64,000 bases of DNA from the human T2T-CHM13v2.0 reference genome, Homo sapiens, in assembly GCF_009914755.1 (NCBI RefSeq), contig NC_060934.1. The stretch is one strand, 5' to 3'. Both the position numbers and the translations under genes were made by a program. A model generated the notes under the pieces. That model did not search any database, was not told the DNA's origin, and saw only the letters and a program-made list of their open reading frames with translations. This document shows, piece by piece, positions 16,978-36,590 of the stretch; within the stretch, counting starts at the first letter, position 1; every line of letters starts with the position of its first letter.

Positions 16978-17280
16978 GGCCGATGTGGTGGCTCACGCCT
17001 GTAATCCCAGCACTTTGAGAGGCCGAGGTGGGTGGATCACGAGGTCAGGAGATTGAGACCATCATGGCCAACATAGTGAAACCCCGTCTCTACTAAATAT
17101 ACAAAAAATTAGCCAGGAGTGGTGGCAAGCGCCTGTAGTCTCAGCTACTCAGGAGGCTGAGGCAGGAGAATCTCTTGAACCCGGGAGACGGAGATTGCAG
17201 TGAGCCGAGATGGCACAACTTCACTCAAGCCTCTGCGACAGAGGGAGACTCCGTCTCAAAAAAAAAAAAAAAAAAAAAAA
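16978..17280 (+). mobile_element. AluSc/Y-like
   Basis: GGATCACGAGGTCAGGAGATTGAGACCATC; long A tail. Confidence 0.92.
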
Positions 17281-17521
17281 GAAGATAACATGAGCACTCT
17301 TACATCTATAAAAGGAATAGAATAAATAGGTAATAACCACCCCCCCCCCCAGACAATGGTTCCAGGCCCAAATGGGTTTAGTGGTGAGTTTTATCAAGCA
17401 TTTAAAGAAGAAATTGTATCAATTTTCCACAGACTTTTCAAGAAAATAGAAGTACAGAGAACACTTCCTAATTCATTCTATAAGGTAAATATTACCCTTT
17501 GACCAAATCCAATAGACATAA

Positions 17522-17859
<338 letters not shown>

Positions 17860-18054
17860 TCATGAACAAAGATTCAATAATTCTTCACAAAATACTAGCC
17901 AGTTGAATCTAACTATGTATGTATTCTAGGTATGCAAGTATGCAAGACTGGTTCAATATTACAAAATTATCTGCAGAATTTCCCAAATCAACAGGTTAAG
18001 GAAGAAAAATAATGTGACTGTATCAACCGATGTAGAAAAATCTTATGGCAAAAT

Positions 18055-18183
18055 CTGTTTTGCTGTTTTTGGGGTTTTTTTTTTGTTTTTTTTTTTTTTG
18101 AGACGGAGTCTTGCTCTGTGGCCCAGGCTGGAGTGCAGTGGCGCGATCTCGGCTTACAGCAGGCTCCGCCCCCAGGGTTCACG
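18055..18183 (-). mobile_element. 5'-truncated AluY-like
   Basis: ~85 bp of right arm plus tail; 15-bp TSD ATCTTATGGCAAAAT at 18040-18054 and 18184-18198. Confidence 0.9.
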
Positions 18184-18467
18184 ATCTTATGGCAAAATGT
18201 ATCACGCATCCATAATTTGAGAAACTCTCAGCAAACCAGGAATTGAGGTGAATTTTCTTAACTTGACAAAGAACATCTACAAAACCTCTAAAACTATCAT
18301 ACTTAATGATGAGAAATGGAATGCTTTTCCCCAAAGGTTAGAAGCAAGAAGAGTTTTTTTTTCTTTCACCACTTGCAAAATGAAACCACCACACTGGAAG
18401 ACAGATGGGCCGTTTCCTACTGCCCATAGTTGCTATACTATATGTAAAACGAAAGTCTTACATATAG

Positions 18468-18824
<357 letters not shown>

Positions 18825-18953
18825 TAGGTGGTTATCTACCTTATTTGAAAACTATGTCCACACCCAAACTGGCACATGAGTGTATATAGCAGCTTTGCTC
18901 ATAATTCCCCAAACTGGAAGAAACCTAGAAGTCTTATGATTGATAAATGGATT

Positions 18954-18977
18954 CACACACACACACACACACACACC
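18954..18977. repeat. (CA)n microsatellite
   Basis: Direct reading. Confidence 0.95.
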
Positions 18978-19378
18978 CCACAGTGGTACGACATGTAAGG
19001 GAATATTATTTCAACTAAAAAAGTAAGTGATCTGCCTAAAGATTAAGTGAGGAGGTTTAATAGGTGAAGCACATGGGCATTATTTGGACCAGTCAGACTA
19101 GTCTGTAGGATACCATACTGTGGAAACATGATACTATGTATTTGTTAAAAAACAAAGAATCTCACAGCACAAAGAATGTCACTTAATATATGCAAATTTT
19201 AAAACAACAACAAAAAATGTAGGTGTTCTGGGGATCCTGGAATGGAATGCAGAATGTGATAAAAAATTTAAACTACTACAAATGTATAAAGCCACCTCAG
19301 TCTAGGGAGGGGGAAACGTGCTGAAATAAGCATCTTAGAAAATGCGCTGACATAAGCATCTTAGAAAATGCATGAGCT

Positions 19379-20432
<1,054 letters not shown>

Positions 20433-20702
20433 TTAAGCAAATGGATGGCAAATAAGAGATAGGAGCCAGGTTTCTCACTGGTAAAGTGGGAGATTACATA
20501 TAAGCAAGGGGAGGAGGCCAGAATGATCATGTGATAAAGGAATTGAGTCGTAGACATCAGTATGAACTTACTAACACTTACACATATTACATGTAAAAAT
20601 ATTTAGAGTTACGTGTATATACACAGCTTCGTATACACACATTTATTTCCTTGCTCTATAAGCTAAGACGGTCTAGAACCAATGATATGCCAGCAGAAAT
20701 GA

Positions 20703-21128
<426 letters not shown>

Positions 21129-22071
21129 TGATCTGCCTGGAACATCTAGTTAGGCCAGAAAGTAAGGAAGTATAAAAACACCACCACCACCAAAACCCGT
21201 AATGTAAACACTCCCAGTGGCCAAGGCTAGAACATTTGAGCAACAAAATAAATAAAGAAGTATTGGATTATAATCCAAAATATAAAATAAATATCTGTGA
21301 GCAAATAGTCATATAAGTACATTTTTGAATAAACAAATAATTGAGAGACGGGACAAATATCCCATGCAGAAGAATTCCAAATAATTTATGTAGACACTTA
21401 GCTTTCAAGGAAGTAGAACATAATTTCTTCCTCCTTAAGTGTTCTTTCCAAAAACAATACAGTGTGAATAAGGGGCAAAAACAGTAGCTTTACAGGAGAA
21501 AAACCTGATGAGCACTACCTTAGACAAGTGATCAAGGTCAACATCAACAGGTGTAAGTCATGTTGATGAGTCTGAGCCTTGATGTGAGATGGTGAAAATG
21601 GCACTTCATCTCTGCAGTCTTTCTCCCTCAAACCCCAAACTCCAGTTTAAACATGAAGGGGAAAAAATCCAACATATTAAAAAAAAAAAAAAGTCAGTTT
21701 ACAAAATTCCTGACCAGTACTCCTCAAAATTCTCAAGGTCATCAAAAACAAGGAGTCTGAGAAATTCTCGTCATCAAGAGGAGCCTAAGAAGATACTGAC
21801 TAAATGCAGTGTGGTGGTGTCCTAGGTGGAACCCTGGAACAGAAGAAGATTAGATACAAGATAAGGAAGTCTGACTAAAGCAGGGGCTTTAGTTAATAAT
21901 GTATAAAAATTGATAATGTAACAAATGTAGCAACACTAAAAATAAAGGAAACAGGGTAAGGGGGAAGGGTTATTATATTCATAATATTCATGTAAATTGA
22001 AAACTGTTCTTAAAAAGTTTGATAAAAAATGCATTTAGGGATAATTTGTTCTACTGTTTCTCCAAATACAT

Positions 22072-22893
<822 letters not shown>

Positions 22894-22943
22894 GAATATC
22901 ATGGGTTAGTTGTTCCTGAGGATATTATTAAGAATGCATGTGA

Positions 22944-23235
<292 letters not shown>

Positions 23236-23419
23236 AAGAATGCATGTGAGCCACTGAACTGTCTTCTAGGAAACTTTAATATGGATAAGGGAAATTATAA
23301 ATTTCTAAGTGGATTTATAGGATATAGTGCTTCTAAAAGTATTTAAGATATCAAATCCTGAAACAATTTCAAGAATTAGTGCTCCTTGAAAAACATTTTA
23401 GGAAATGCTGATGTTTTCA

Positions 23420-23550
23420 GCTATTTGCAGATAAGTAAACAGAAATTTAATCACGTAACTTGCCTAAGACATACACTTAAATTGACAAGTCTCTGATGTT
23501 GAACCTGCAAACTCTTAGCTTTCATTCTCATGCTCTTTCAATTCTACTTC
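23420..23550 (-). mobile_element. MIR fragment
   Basis: TTTGCAGATAAGTAAACAG...TAACTTGCCTAAG. Confidence 0.6.
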
Positions 23551-23747
23551 TGTATTTTATTTAATTTAAAAGTTCGTTGGTGGGCAGTGAGAAAAATGGA
23601 AATAAGAGCAAATAAATTCCAGATGAACAGAAAGGATTATTAGCTAATAAGATAAACATAAATATATCAGGAAGGGCGAGGAAATGGAGTTGGAGTATTG
23701 GTGATAGACTGGTTCATCATTCTGCTAAACAGATCAGGTCAGTAGAA

Positions 23748-24100
23748 TTTTTTTATTTTAACATTTTTCATTTTATTTTTAGTTGACACCAAATAATGGC
23801 TTATATTCATGGGGTAGAAGAGTGATATTTTGATACATGGATACAATGTGAAATCATCAAATCAGGGTAATTAGCATATTTATTGCCTCATTCATTCATC
23901 ATTTTTTTGTGTTAAGAACATTTAAAATCCTTTCTTCTACCTTTCTGGAAATATATTAATACAATAAAGTATTGTGAACTGTATTCAGCCTGTAGGACTG
24001 TAGAACACTAGAACTTATTCCTCCAATCTGGATATAATTTTGTGTCCCTTAACCCAGCTCTGCCTATCTTCCCCCCTCTCTCTCCTTCCAGGCTCTATTA
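23748..24100 (-). mobile_element. L1MA-like 3' end
   Basis: ATCAAATCAGGGTAATTAGCATAT, TAGAACACTAGAACTTATTCCTCC. Confidence 0.82.
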
Positions 24101-24114
24101 AACATAATTAGTAA

Positions 24115-24414
<300 letters not shown>

Positions 24415-24939
24415 GGTAAAATTTTATATATATTGCATTTACATGCCCAAATCCAATATTCCATCAACATGTCGGCATTTGTAATGCCTAAGTTTAAAAT
24501 ATCAATTTGCTTATATTAACAATTATTTTTCTCTGTATAAACATATAAATACAAAGCATAACTGTTTGTATTTAAAATGTCTTAAATGTACATATAATCT
24601 TACAAATTCTAGCTTTGCATTTCTCTCAAATTTCAGTAAGTCTCTGATAAATCATACATCTAACAATTTCATTATGCACTGTTTCTTCTTTTATTGAAGC
24701 AACTATTAAAATGACACTTTATCCAGCAACTTTCTTAGAATAATGACATCAGTGATTATTACTTTCTCCAGTGAAACATAGAATAGGAAATGTCTATAGT
24801 CTCACACAAATAGTGCAAAGAATGTCTAGATCTTTAATAGAATCATGCCACTGAATTCTTGACAATGATGATAAAGAAATTAAATTTAAGATACTTAATT
24901 TATAATAAAAATGACCAATGACCAACTCAATTTATGTGG

Positions 24940-25180
24940 GATTATTTATGAGCCACGTACAGCACTATTCATGTTGCCTATTTTACAACAACCTTCCAAA
25001 TTAATCCTACTTCAGTAGGGTTACTTTACATGAGTAAAGTACTTTGGTTACTTTACATGAGTAACCAAAGTCCTGAATAAGAAAAAGGGAATCTGTCCAA
25101 AATCACATAGCCAATATTCACAGCTTTGGAATGCACATGTGTCTGATTCCAAAGCTATTGCACTATCCGTGGCATTGCAC
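24940..25180 (-). mobile_element. MIR, diverged, containing a local duplication/palindrome
   Basis: TGTCCAAAATCACATAGC...GTCTGATTCCAAAGC. Confidence 0.55.
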
Positions 25181-25409
25181 TGTCTTATAAAAGATAACCA
25201 AATATTTTATGTTTTCTGTTGCTCCCTTTCTCTAAGCATCTCTTTATGAGATGCTAAGCTGGCTAGCTATGCTAAAGATCAGGGAAAATTACCAGTTAGA
25301 GATTGTGAGGTTGTTTGTGCAGGCTCAGCATACAACTTCCTTAATTTGTATCTAATGTTGTTTAGATACAAGAGTGACCCTGAGTGAGGTGGCTATAGGC
25401 AGGGAGTGG

Positions 25410-25590
25410 CAGCTGGCTCTTTTCTTTCAGGGTGACCTTGACCTTGGGCAGCTGCAGAGCATGTGGATCCCAACCAGAGGAAAGTTTGTGTGGGATTTCA
25501 AGCAAGGGCATTCTGTGTACTTCATTTATTGAAGAGACAACGTCTTAATCTTGAAGATACTGAAGGAGGGAGAATTCCAAGCCCTTTGAA
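25410..25590. promoter_or_regulatory. Candidate regulatory cluster: DR0 nuclear-receptor site, two E-boxes, TCF/LEF site
   Basis: TGACCTTGACCTTG 25433-25446; CAGCTG at 25410 and 25449; CCTTTGAA 25583. Motif matches only. Confidence 0.3.
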
Positions 25591-26619
25591 GATATTGCAA
25601 GAGGGCCCGCCTGTGATTGTTCATGATGTACCATCCAAAGCACCATCGTGCAGTGGAATTCGGTGATATCTGAACCAAAAGAGACCCCTTTGGAAGATGT
25701 ATGCATAAAGCATTGCTGGATACCCAATTAAAGTAGTTGTGTAGAGAAAAAGTACTTCGGTAGTTGTTTGAGTTGTAAAGTGTTCTAGCACTATTTATTT
25801 CTTTTTCAAACACTAATTTTACTTGAAAGTTGAAGTGGGGGGAAAATCTCAGATTTCTTGGATGTCTAACCCTCTGGTCCTTTTCATTTCCCTATGCTGC
25901 TCTTATCTTGGATCCACCATAGAAATATGATAAACATAGTGCAAACCCTCCAAGACATTAAGATGGTTCTCAGTCAACAGATAAGATATTTCTGAGGGGA
26001 AAAAAAAATCATTGGCTTAATTACATGAAACTAAATGATGTATTATTTCAAATTTCCTATTCTCTTTTTACAAAAATTTTCTTACTAAATCAACATATAG
26101 CAGCAGAAGTAGTTAGGAGCTAAATTATGTTTGGTCTTATATACATGTAAAGAACTTTAAATTTGATCTTACTGGCCTTAGAAAACCACTGTTAGCTTTC
26201 AATAGAGGATTGATATTAGGAGCTTTTAATTAATTTATTTATTTTAAAAAAGCACTCCAATGATCAGGCAGATAGAATAAATCTTCTATAATTGATATAA
26301 CTCCTCCCTCAGCCTGCATCTATTTCTGCATTCCAGTAGCTTCCAGGGGCGGTAGCCTTAATGAAACCACAAGAGATGGATTATGCATGCCACCTACTCC
26401 CCCAACTTAGACTAGGACAATTTTCTGTGTAAAAGGCTAAATCTCCAATTCCAACCTCCTAAAATTCAAGCTTGTAGGGTAGCCCAAAGTAAAATTAATG
26501 TTACAGTGTCAGAGAAAGACAGTTAAGTTTTGAAATAAAATTGTTCTCAGGAGAGGGAGAGCCTAGGGCATGTATTATACATCAGCCACAAAACAATGGC
26601 TTAATTAGGAATTTCCTCA

Positions 26620-27021
<402 letters not shown>

Positions 27022-28094
27022 CTACTGGAATGACTTTGAATCAGCAAGGCCTTCCCACTATCCTGAGATGAGAAAAGAAAATTGTTGCCCAGGAAGCCAA
27101 GAAAATGTCAGAAAACCATGGAGTGTGATCAATGGAGACAAACAATACAAAAAATGAAGGTATGGAGACCCAGTGTTTCTTGGTGCAGGGATAGACTGGG
27201 GACTAAATGTAAAAGGCTGAATCACACAAACTCACATTTTTTGAATCTGGAAGACTCAACTGTGAAGCTGGCAAATGCAGCCATAGGGCAAAAAAAAAAA
27301 AAAAAAAAAAGCCATTTAAAAAGTACTGATTCAATTTGAATTCCTGACATCTGAAAAGAACACTAGATGTACTCCAGCATGCGCCAGGATGCATGAAAAT
27401 TCAAAACTTCGTTATTGTTGATGTGCTTAGTGCTTATATACATAACACCATGTTAATATATGGATTTGTCGCTAATATTTAAACATAGAAAACAAGCTAT
27501 ACCCATTGAAATCTGTATTGTTTGGGAGGAAGTGGACTGCACTTCTTGTACTTAAGAAACACTTGTAACAATTGGGAATTTTAAATTCTGGGACTCAATT
27601 TTAAAGGAGTAATTTCTGTCCTTGTAACCATTTGTGTAATCCTATGACTTTCTTGAGAATGCTGTTTACTATCTTAGGATATCGTTTCTACTAGGACAAA
27701 AAAAATTTAATTTTCCAAGGTTCTGGAATATATATTGTTATTCCAGTGTTAAAATATATTGATTTTATTAATATTTATTCCTCAGAACTTAGAGATTAAC
27801 ATTTTAAATTATAAACCTTACTGACAAAGTTGTATACATAACTACTCTAAATTCTTAATGAAACTAGACACTTAGATGTTAAGATAGGAAACAAGAATGT
27901 TTGAATACAAAATTATTTGGACTAAGAATACAACCTAAGAAAAATGAAATTGTTTTGGTGAAATTGTTTGGTGAAAATTGTAATTAATCAATAATGGGAG
28001 TCAAATAGTTCAAAAGAGTGAATGCAGCTGAGATAGTTTAAAATGCTAATAAAATTAAGGGAAATGACTTAGAGCTTAAACAGCTAAGCTCTAA

Positions 28095-28413
<319 letters not shown>

Positions 28414-28610
28414 TAGACTGGGTAGTATTTAATGATAATTCTATTTTCACTAAAAGCATCCAAATAAGAAATAATGCACTATATTCAGGAGAAATAAGAA
28501 CTGGATAATGGTGGGGTAAATAGATGTCATTTCAGAAACTTGAAGTATGTAATTCTATGGATTTTTAGCAAAAATAAAATATTGATTTTATATAAAAATA
28601 TTATATATTA

Positions 28611-28908
<298 letters not shown>

Positions 28909-28973
28909 TTATAATATAAAAATATTATTTCACCAGCTGCCTACGCTTAAAATGCAACGTACAACAGAAAAGC

Positions 28974-29422
<449 letters not shown>

Positions 29423-29423
29423 T

Positions 29424-29811
<388 letters not shown>

Positions 29812-29986
29812 TTAAAGTCTTGTATGCAGGAATATTTCAAGAATATATTTATGATAAATTATATTTTTAAAAACAAAAAATGAAAGTGACTACAACGTCT
29901 GGCAACTTCTGTTTATTGAAACAATTAAGGTAACTCCATTATTAATAATATATTATTAGATGTCATAGGTCATTCAATATACTTTT

Positions 29987-30319
<333 letters not shown>

Positions 30320-30373
30320 TAACAAAGCAAATATGTATAATATGACATTATTGGCGTGAACAGGACCTAGAAC

Positions 30374-30455
30374 AGCAACTGCCTAAGGAACTTTCCGTGG
30401 TGATGGAAAAGTTCTATTATCTGCACTGTTCAATATGGTAGTCATTAACCATAGA
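30374..30455 (+). mobile_element. MER3-like hAT-Charlie fragment
   Basis: GAACTTTCCGTGGTGATGGAAAAGTTCTAT...CTGCACTGTTCAATATGGTAG. Confidence 0.7.
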
Positions 30456-30839
30456 TATCTTTTCCTATTTATTTAGTGAAAATATTGTGAGAATATAAGA
30501 ATTCCTTTAAAATTGAAAATAAGTGAAGTTCAAGAGGAAATGAGATTAACATATTTAATTTTAGTTATATTTTCTGTACATAAGTAATTATACTAGTTAT
30601 AACTTGCCATTATATCATACTGGTTATAAATAATGTTAAAAAACAGAAAACATAAGGAAATAAGCAAAAATTAAAAATATCTGTTAGGTCAGTTGTAGAG
30701 ATGTGTAAATCCATAATCTAAACAACCTTGTATGAACCTTAGTGAAGAGAAATCTAGAACATTTTTGTGCAGAAGAAAGGATGTGTGGACAGATGAATGG
30801 CTCAGAACTCCTTGCTTCGTCATAATGACAAACGGGGAC

Positions 30840-30950
30840 ACATTCACTAAGCAAACATGTCTTGAGATGCATACTCTGTGTTTATAGGCACTGAGAGTAG
30901 TGCAATGAGCAGAGCTAAGCCCCTGTCCTCATTAAGTGCACATTCTTTGG
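30840..30950 (-). mobile_element. L2 3' end fragment
   Basis: CATTCAC...CCCTGTCCTCATTAAGTGCACATTCT. Confidence 0.55.
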
Positions 30951-33364
30951 GATGATTTTGAGCATACTGAGGTAGCTGATAACACAGTGAGTCTCATGAA
31001 TCTCAACCGTTTGTTAGCCATTACGAAGATTTGCCATCCTAGAACTATCTGGCACAAAAAACTGGATTTGTTAATAAAATATATGTCATAAATATAGCTA
31101 GGGAAGTTATTTCAATTTTTTATTTTAGAATATCAAGTTTAAACTTTTTTACTCCAGAATCCTGCACTGTGAATAAAAAACAATGATCTCACATGCCATG
31201 TGGATGGTTTTGTAGTGATTTCTGCCCATCTCAAAGACACAGTTCACAGTAAGTTAGCTATGGAGAGCTGCAGAGGATTAGAGAATTTGAAAATCTTTAC
31301 TAGGTTTGTGATTTTCACTTGTTAAAAATGTCAAGTTTTGTTTGACTTTGATTCAAAACTATACCCTTTTTAAAAGAATTTCACATGACTTATTTCTCAC
31401 AAATACTGCCTACCTAATATGCCAATGCGTTTTTTAGTTATTTCATAGTATGAATGTCTAATATTCTTCAAAAGTATGGGAATGCCTAAGTCAAGGACAC
31501 CTTCTCATTTTCTAAGGAACTGTTTTAAAGTACTTCATAAAGACAGTTATTGGTCCAGCATAATTAAATTATAAACTAAATGTTTTAGCAGATATTTAAA
31601 GGTTCTTTTAATTCACACTTATTCTAAAATTTGGAAAAACAGATTACTTCCTTTCTTGAATGTCTTTCCTGGAATTTTATTCTAAATGACTTTTTTTTAC
31701 AATGAATATTGCCAAAAAGAAGAAGAGAACAGAATGCTCTGAGTGGGTCAAAGAATGCTGGAGAAAAGTAAAAGACACGTAATTCAGCATTGGTTCAGCC
31801 TTTCTTGGTTTGGTAAATTTTAAGAGTGATTTCTGGATGCTTGCCCAGGATTTCAGGAATGCCAATAAACAATCTGTAAAATAATAAGCACTACATTTCA
31901 TTCTGGCAGAAAACTTTTTAAAAATCTATACTAAAGTCCGAACAAGCTCAAGGTCACTTCTGGGCTTAGGCCTCATATAGAATTTTTCCATAGACTTGGG
32001 AAAGAGAACAGAGTTTAAATACAACATGCAAAAGAAGGCTTCATTTGCTCACTCCCAAGTATCTCTTTGCACTTAAGAGTGCTTATCTGCAAAGCACAAT
32101 GTTTCATTTCAATGGAATATTTGACACAGAGGCTCAATAGGGCTCCCACTCATATTTTACTTTAATTATTAGGCCCAAAATGTACAATCATTTTCTTTAT
32201 TTATAAATAGCCTTTTTAAAGGAAATCAAAGTCTGACAAAGTTTGGATTTCCATGCATTTTTTGCATTAATGATGACATCAAACATGCACTCATTATGCT
32301 CTGTTAACCCTTCAGTCACCAATCCTAGCACTAGTGGCTGTGCATAACTAGTTTTTCCTGATGATCTAACTCACACTAAGGCCGAGAATCTAAAAAGAGT
32401 CCCCTTTTGGTTTAAGCTCTTGGGGCCACATTGTGTTTCTGTCACAGGAGTGATGGTAAGAGGGACTAATTAAAAGTCCAGTGAATGTGCCAGGGTTAAA
32501 ATCACAGGCTCTGCTCATTAACAGTCGTTTACCTAAAGATATTTCCAAAGAATTCCTTCAATGTCTGAAAAGAACAGAACCTGAAGGGGGGGGAGGGAGG
32601 AATAAGTTGAGAGAGCCATTTAGAAATATTTTATATTAGAAGCAGAGTTTTGTTTTAATTCATGGATGCTGTCAATAGAAGAATTCAATTTAGTGAGCAG
32701 TTCAAATATCGTTTTTTTCCCATCGGTGCAGGCATGTATGTGTGCATGTATGAGTGTGTGTTTTAAAGGGGGTGGGGGATAGTCTCCCTAAGTCTAACGA
32801 GTAGAAAAAGAAATAGGAAAAAAACATCAGAACCATTTTGTTAATTGTCTTTTTCCTGCTGTTTCCATGGTAATACTGGCAGCCAGACTTCTCTGCAGAG
32901 TGACAGTCCAACAATTCACACACTACACCCTTTCAAGCACAATGAATGGCCGTGAAAGAGGCCGAACAGGCACCATTCAGGAAACATGTGATATCTACTC
33001 AATGCACTACCTTTCATCCACATTTTCCAAATTGCAGTTAATTTAATTCTAAACAAATGGCTAAGGGGTACAAATGAGGATTAGAAGGAAAAGAACATCT
33101 TGAGCTCTAATGGGGATGGTTTGTGTGAAGAACAATATAGCACTTTCTTCTGTTGCCAAGAAGGCTGGATGTGAAGATGTACTTCCCTCCTCATCTGAAG
33201 CCTTTGCTTGGACTCTATGTCAACAGTAAGAACCATGGCAGAAAATTTCTTGGCAAAACAGAGTTCGTGTAGGTTTTGGCTTCGCATTTGGAAACATATT
33301 AGATACAGTGTGATATTACTGCGTTTTACTATGAAATAAAATATAACATCAGAATTTTTACTGA

Positions 33365-33708
<344 letters not shown>

Positions 33709-34228
33709 ACATTTTTCTTATTTAACATCCTTCAACTTTTGGTGAAGAAAAGCAGTAAAGTTCCCTGTAACAATTCACAGGACAAGACATTATCTTTATG
33801 CAGTCTAAAGTTACAATATGATTTGTATGTTTAAGTGTCAGTAAAGTAGGGCATAGTTACTTGAAAAACAAAAACACAACAGGAAAAGGTGGCATAAGGC
33901 CCTGCAAACTATTTCATGTTATTTGGTTGGAAGAATCAAGATGACCAGCTGCCATATTCTTATGAATTTTTAGATAAATGACTCAGAAAATTCAGGAAAA
34001 TCCATTTGAGGATACAGCATATGTAAAGCAACATTTCTATTTCTATTTTTTGAATTAAGGTAGTGTTTTTTATTCCAGTGGTAGGCTTTACGTGTTACAA
34101 TATTATGAGCAATTTGTTTAGAGATGCGTTAATAAGATAGCACCCTTAAAATTTCACATTTAGTATCACAAATGTACATCTAAGCGTATCATTATTCTGT
34201 TACATTTAAAGTTTTAAGAGATTATCCT

Positions 34229-34548
34229 GGCCAGGCACAGTGGCCCACGCCTGTAATCCCAACACTTTGGGAGGATGATGGGGGTGGATTGCTTGAGCCC
34301 AGGAATTCGAGACCAGCCTGGGCAACATGGTGAAACCCTATCTCTACAAAAAAACCCACAAAATTAGCTGGGTGTGGTGGCACACACCTGTAGTCCCAGC
34401 TACTCAGGAGGCTGAGATGGGAGGATCGCTTCACCCTGGGAAGTTGAGGCTGCAGTGAGCTGAGATCTTGCCAATGCATTCCAGCCCGAGCAACTGAGCA
34501 AAAATCCTGTATCAAAAAATAAATAAATAAATAAAATAAAATAAAAAA
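34229..34548 (+). mobile_element. AluJ
   Basis: GATTGCTTGAGCCCAGG, GGGAGGATCGCTT. Confidence 0.92.
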
Positions 34549-35751
34549 GAACATGCTTATTTATGTCTACTGATCTGATAGAGAAAAAATAATCCAAATA
34601 AATTTGCTAACAATCATGGTTCTCCATTACAACTTAGTTGTGTTTGAAATATAAGCATGCCTAGAAATCTATGTGCATCAGTGAATTCCACAATGATGAT
34701 TACATAATATCCAAGTGACTTATTTGAGAGATACCTCATTGGTCTACAGAAAGTTTCTGATTTTTGACTCTATAGTAGTTTCAGAAGGATAGACTTTTCC
34801 TCAGCTCTGATTGGTAAGCTATCAAATAATCTATAAAGAAATGAGACTTTTAATAGATTTGGATTCTGAATGAATTGCCCCACATCTTTTCAGAAATTTA
34901 AATAACACTAGGATGATAGTATTTCAGATGCTTGACAATGGTCTTAAAATTCTTTTTTATTCATTTATTCTACTTTTCTCTAATGTTTAGGATCCTTAGT
35001 GTTGACAACCTACAGTTGCTGAAATGCACAGGACAAAAGGTCATTTTTTTCATGTATCGGAGCTGGTGTCCAGTGTTTCCTTGTGAAAAAGCATTATTTG
35101 ATGCAGAGATTTAGGTGGGGAGCTGCCACTATTACTTCTGAATGTTTTGACCTGCTAGATGAACTGTTGATGGCTTTCTTGTGAAGAGGGGTAGAAATTG
35201 ATACTTTTAGTGACTTCCATAGAGCCTGACATTATCATTTCAAGTCAAGGACCCAAAAATCATTTAGCACTAGGCACAGGCACAGGGTGCCCCACTGTCA
35301 GAGGGCTGGCAACAACGTAGCCTCCATTCAAGGCTCCCACCAAGACTTCAACTTTGTTTACTTGTTTTCAAGCCTCCACTTCCATGGAACTAAAACCTAC
35401 CATGGAGATCTCTGCTTCTGAGATAACTTGAAAAAACCTGTGTTCAATCAGTGCCAAGCTCACTTCTGTGTGTAATTGTATCTCTTGGGGGAGAGGGAGA
35501 GGAAAAGTAATTGTACTATTAATAATATTTGTAAAATCCATGAATTGCAAACAATTCTTTTTTTTGTAATGTTTCTAAATAGAAAAAAAAGTTTATGTTA
35601 AATGTTTAGAAGTAGCCTATAGAGGAAGAAGCACAGGTAAAATTATTAGAAAGAAAGTGTTACAATGCCCAAAGAAAGCTCACTTCAATGGTTAGTTTGA
35701 GAAGGTGCACTTGTGGCTGTATAATGGTGCTTAAAAAGCTAAGTTGTGTCG

Positions 35752-36028
35752 GGCTGGGCACCGTGGCTCATACCTGTAATCCCAGCACTTTGGGAGGCCA
35801 AGGCAGGTGGATCACGAGGTCACGAGTTTGAGCAGCCTGACCAACATGGTGAAACCCGTCTCTACTAAAAATACAAAAAAATTAGCCAGGTGTGGTGGCA
35901 CACGCCTGTAATCCCAGCTACTTAGGAGCCTGAGGCAGGAGAATCGCTTGAACTTGGGAGGTGAGATCATGCCACTGCACTCCATCCTGGGCAACAGAGC
36001 AAGACTCTGTCTCAACAAAAAGAAAAAC
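35752..36028 (+). mobile_element. AluSg-like with right-arm deletion
   Basis: TSD AAAGCTAAG(T/C)TGTGTC. Confidence 0.92.
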
Positions 36029-36133
36029 AAAGCTAAGCTGTGTCTATCCATAGGCCTTAGTAAGGCCCTTTCTCTTTAGGAAAAGAAAGTCTCTTGGACT
36101 AGATTGCAAATTTAAAAAAAAAAAATTTCATGG

Positions 36134-36422
36134 GGCCAAGAGCAGTGGCACACATCTGTAATCCCAGCACTTCAGGAGGGCCAGGCGGCTGCATCACTTG
36201 AATCCAGGAGTTCAAGACCAGCCTGGACAACATGAGGAAACCCTATCTCTACAACGAATACAAAAATTAGCCAACTGTGGTGGCGCATGCCCGTAGTCCC
36301 AGCTACTAAGGAGGCTGAGGTGGGAGGATGGAGGTTGAGGCTACAGTGAGGCATGATCACACCACTGCACTACAGCCTGGGTGACAGAGTATGATCTTGT
36401 CTCTGAAAATAATAATAATAAT
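36134..36422 (+). mobile_element. AluJ
   Basis: Diverged dimer with (AAT)n tail. Confidence 0.9.
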
Positions 36423-36427
36423 GACGT

Positions 36428-36590
36428 TGTCCAGGTGTGATGGCTCATGCTTCTAATCCCAGAACTTTGAAAGGCTGAGGTGGGAGGATCACTTGAGCCC
36501 AGGAGTTCAAGGCTGCAGTGACCTGTGATTGCACCGTTGGACTTCAGACTGGGTTACAGAGCAAGACTCTGTCTTAAAAAAAAAAAAAAA
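36428..36590 (+). mobile_element. FRAM/FAM-like Alu monomer
   Basis: Single ~150-bp monomer with GGAGTTCAAGGCTGCAGTGA and A tail. Confidence 0.82.

Noticed and set aside
27100-27310. A21 tract as a possible processed-pseudogene tail
   Set aside because: No upstream polyA signal, TSD or recognisable parent sequence
32265-32366. Box C (ATGATGA 32270) and box D (CTGA 32358) at snoRNA-like spacing
   Set aside because: Only a weak 4-bp terminal stem, no clear C'/D' boxes and no recognisable rRNA antisense element; expected by chance. An Rfam/snoscan search would settle it
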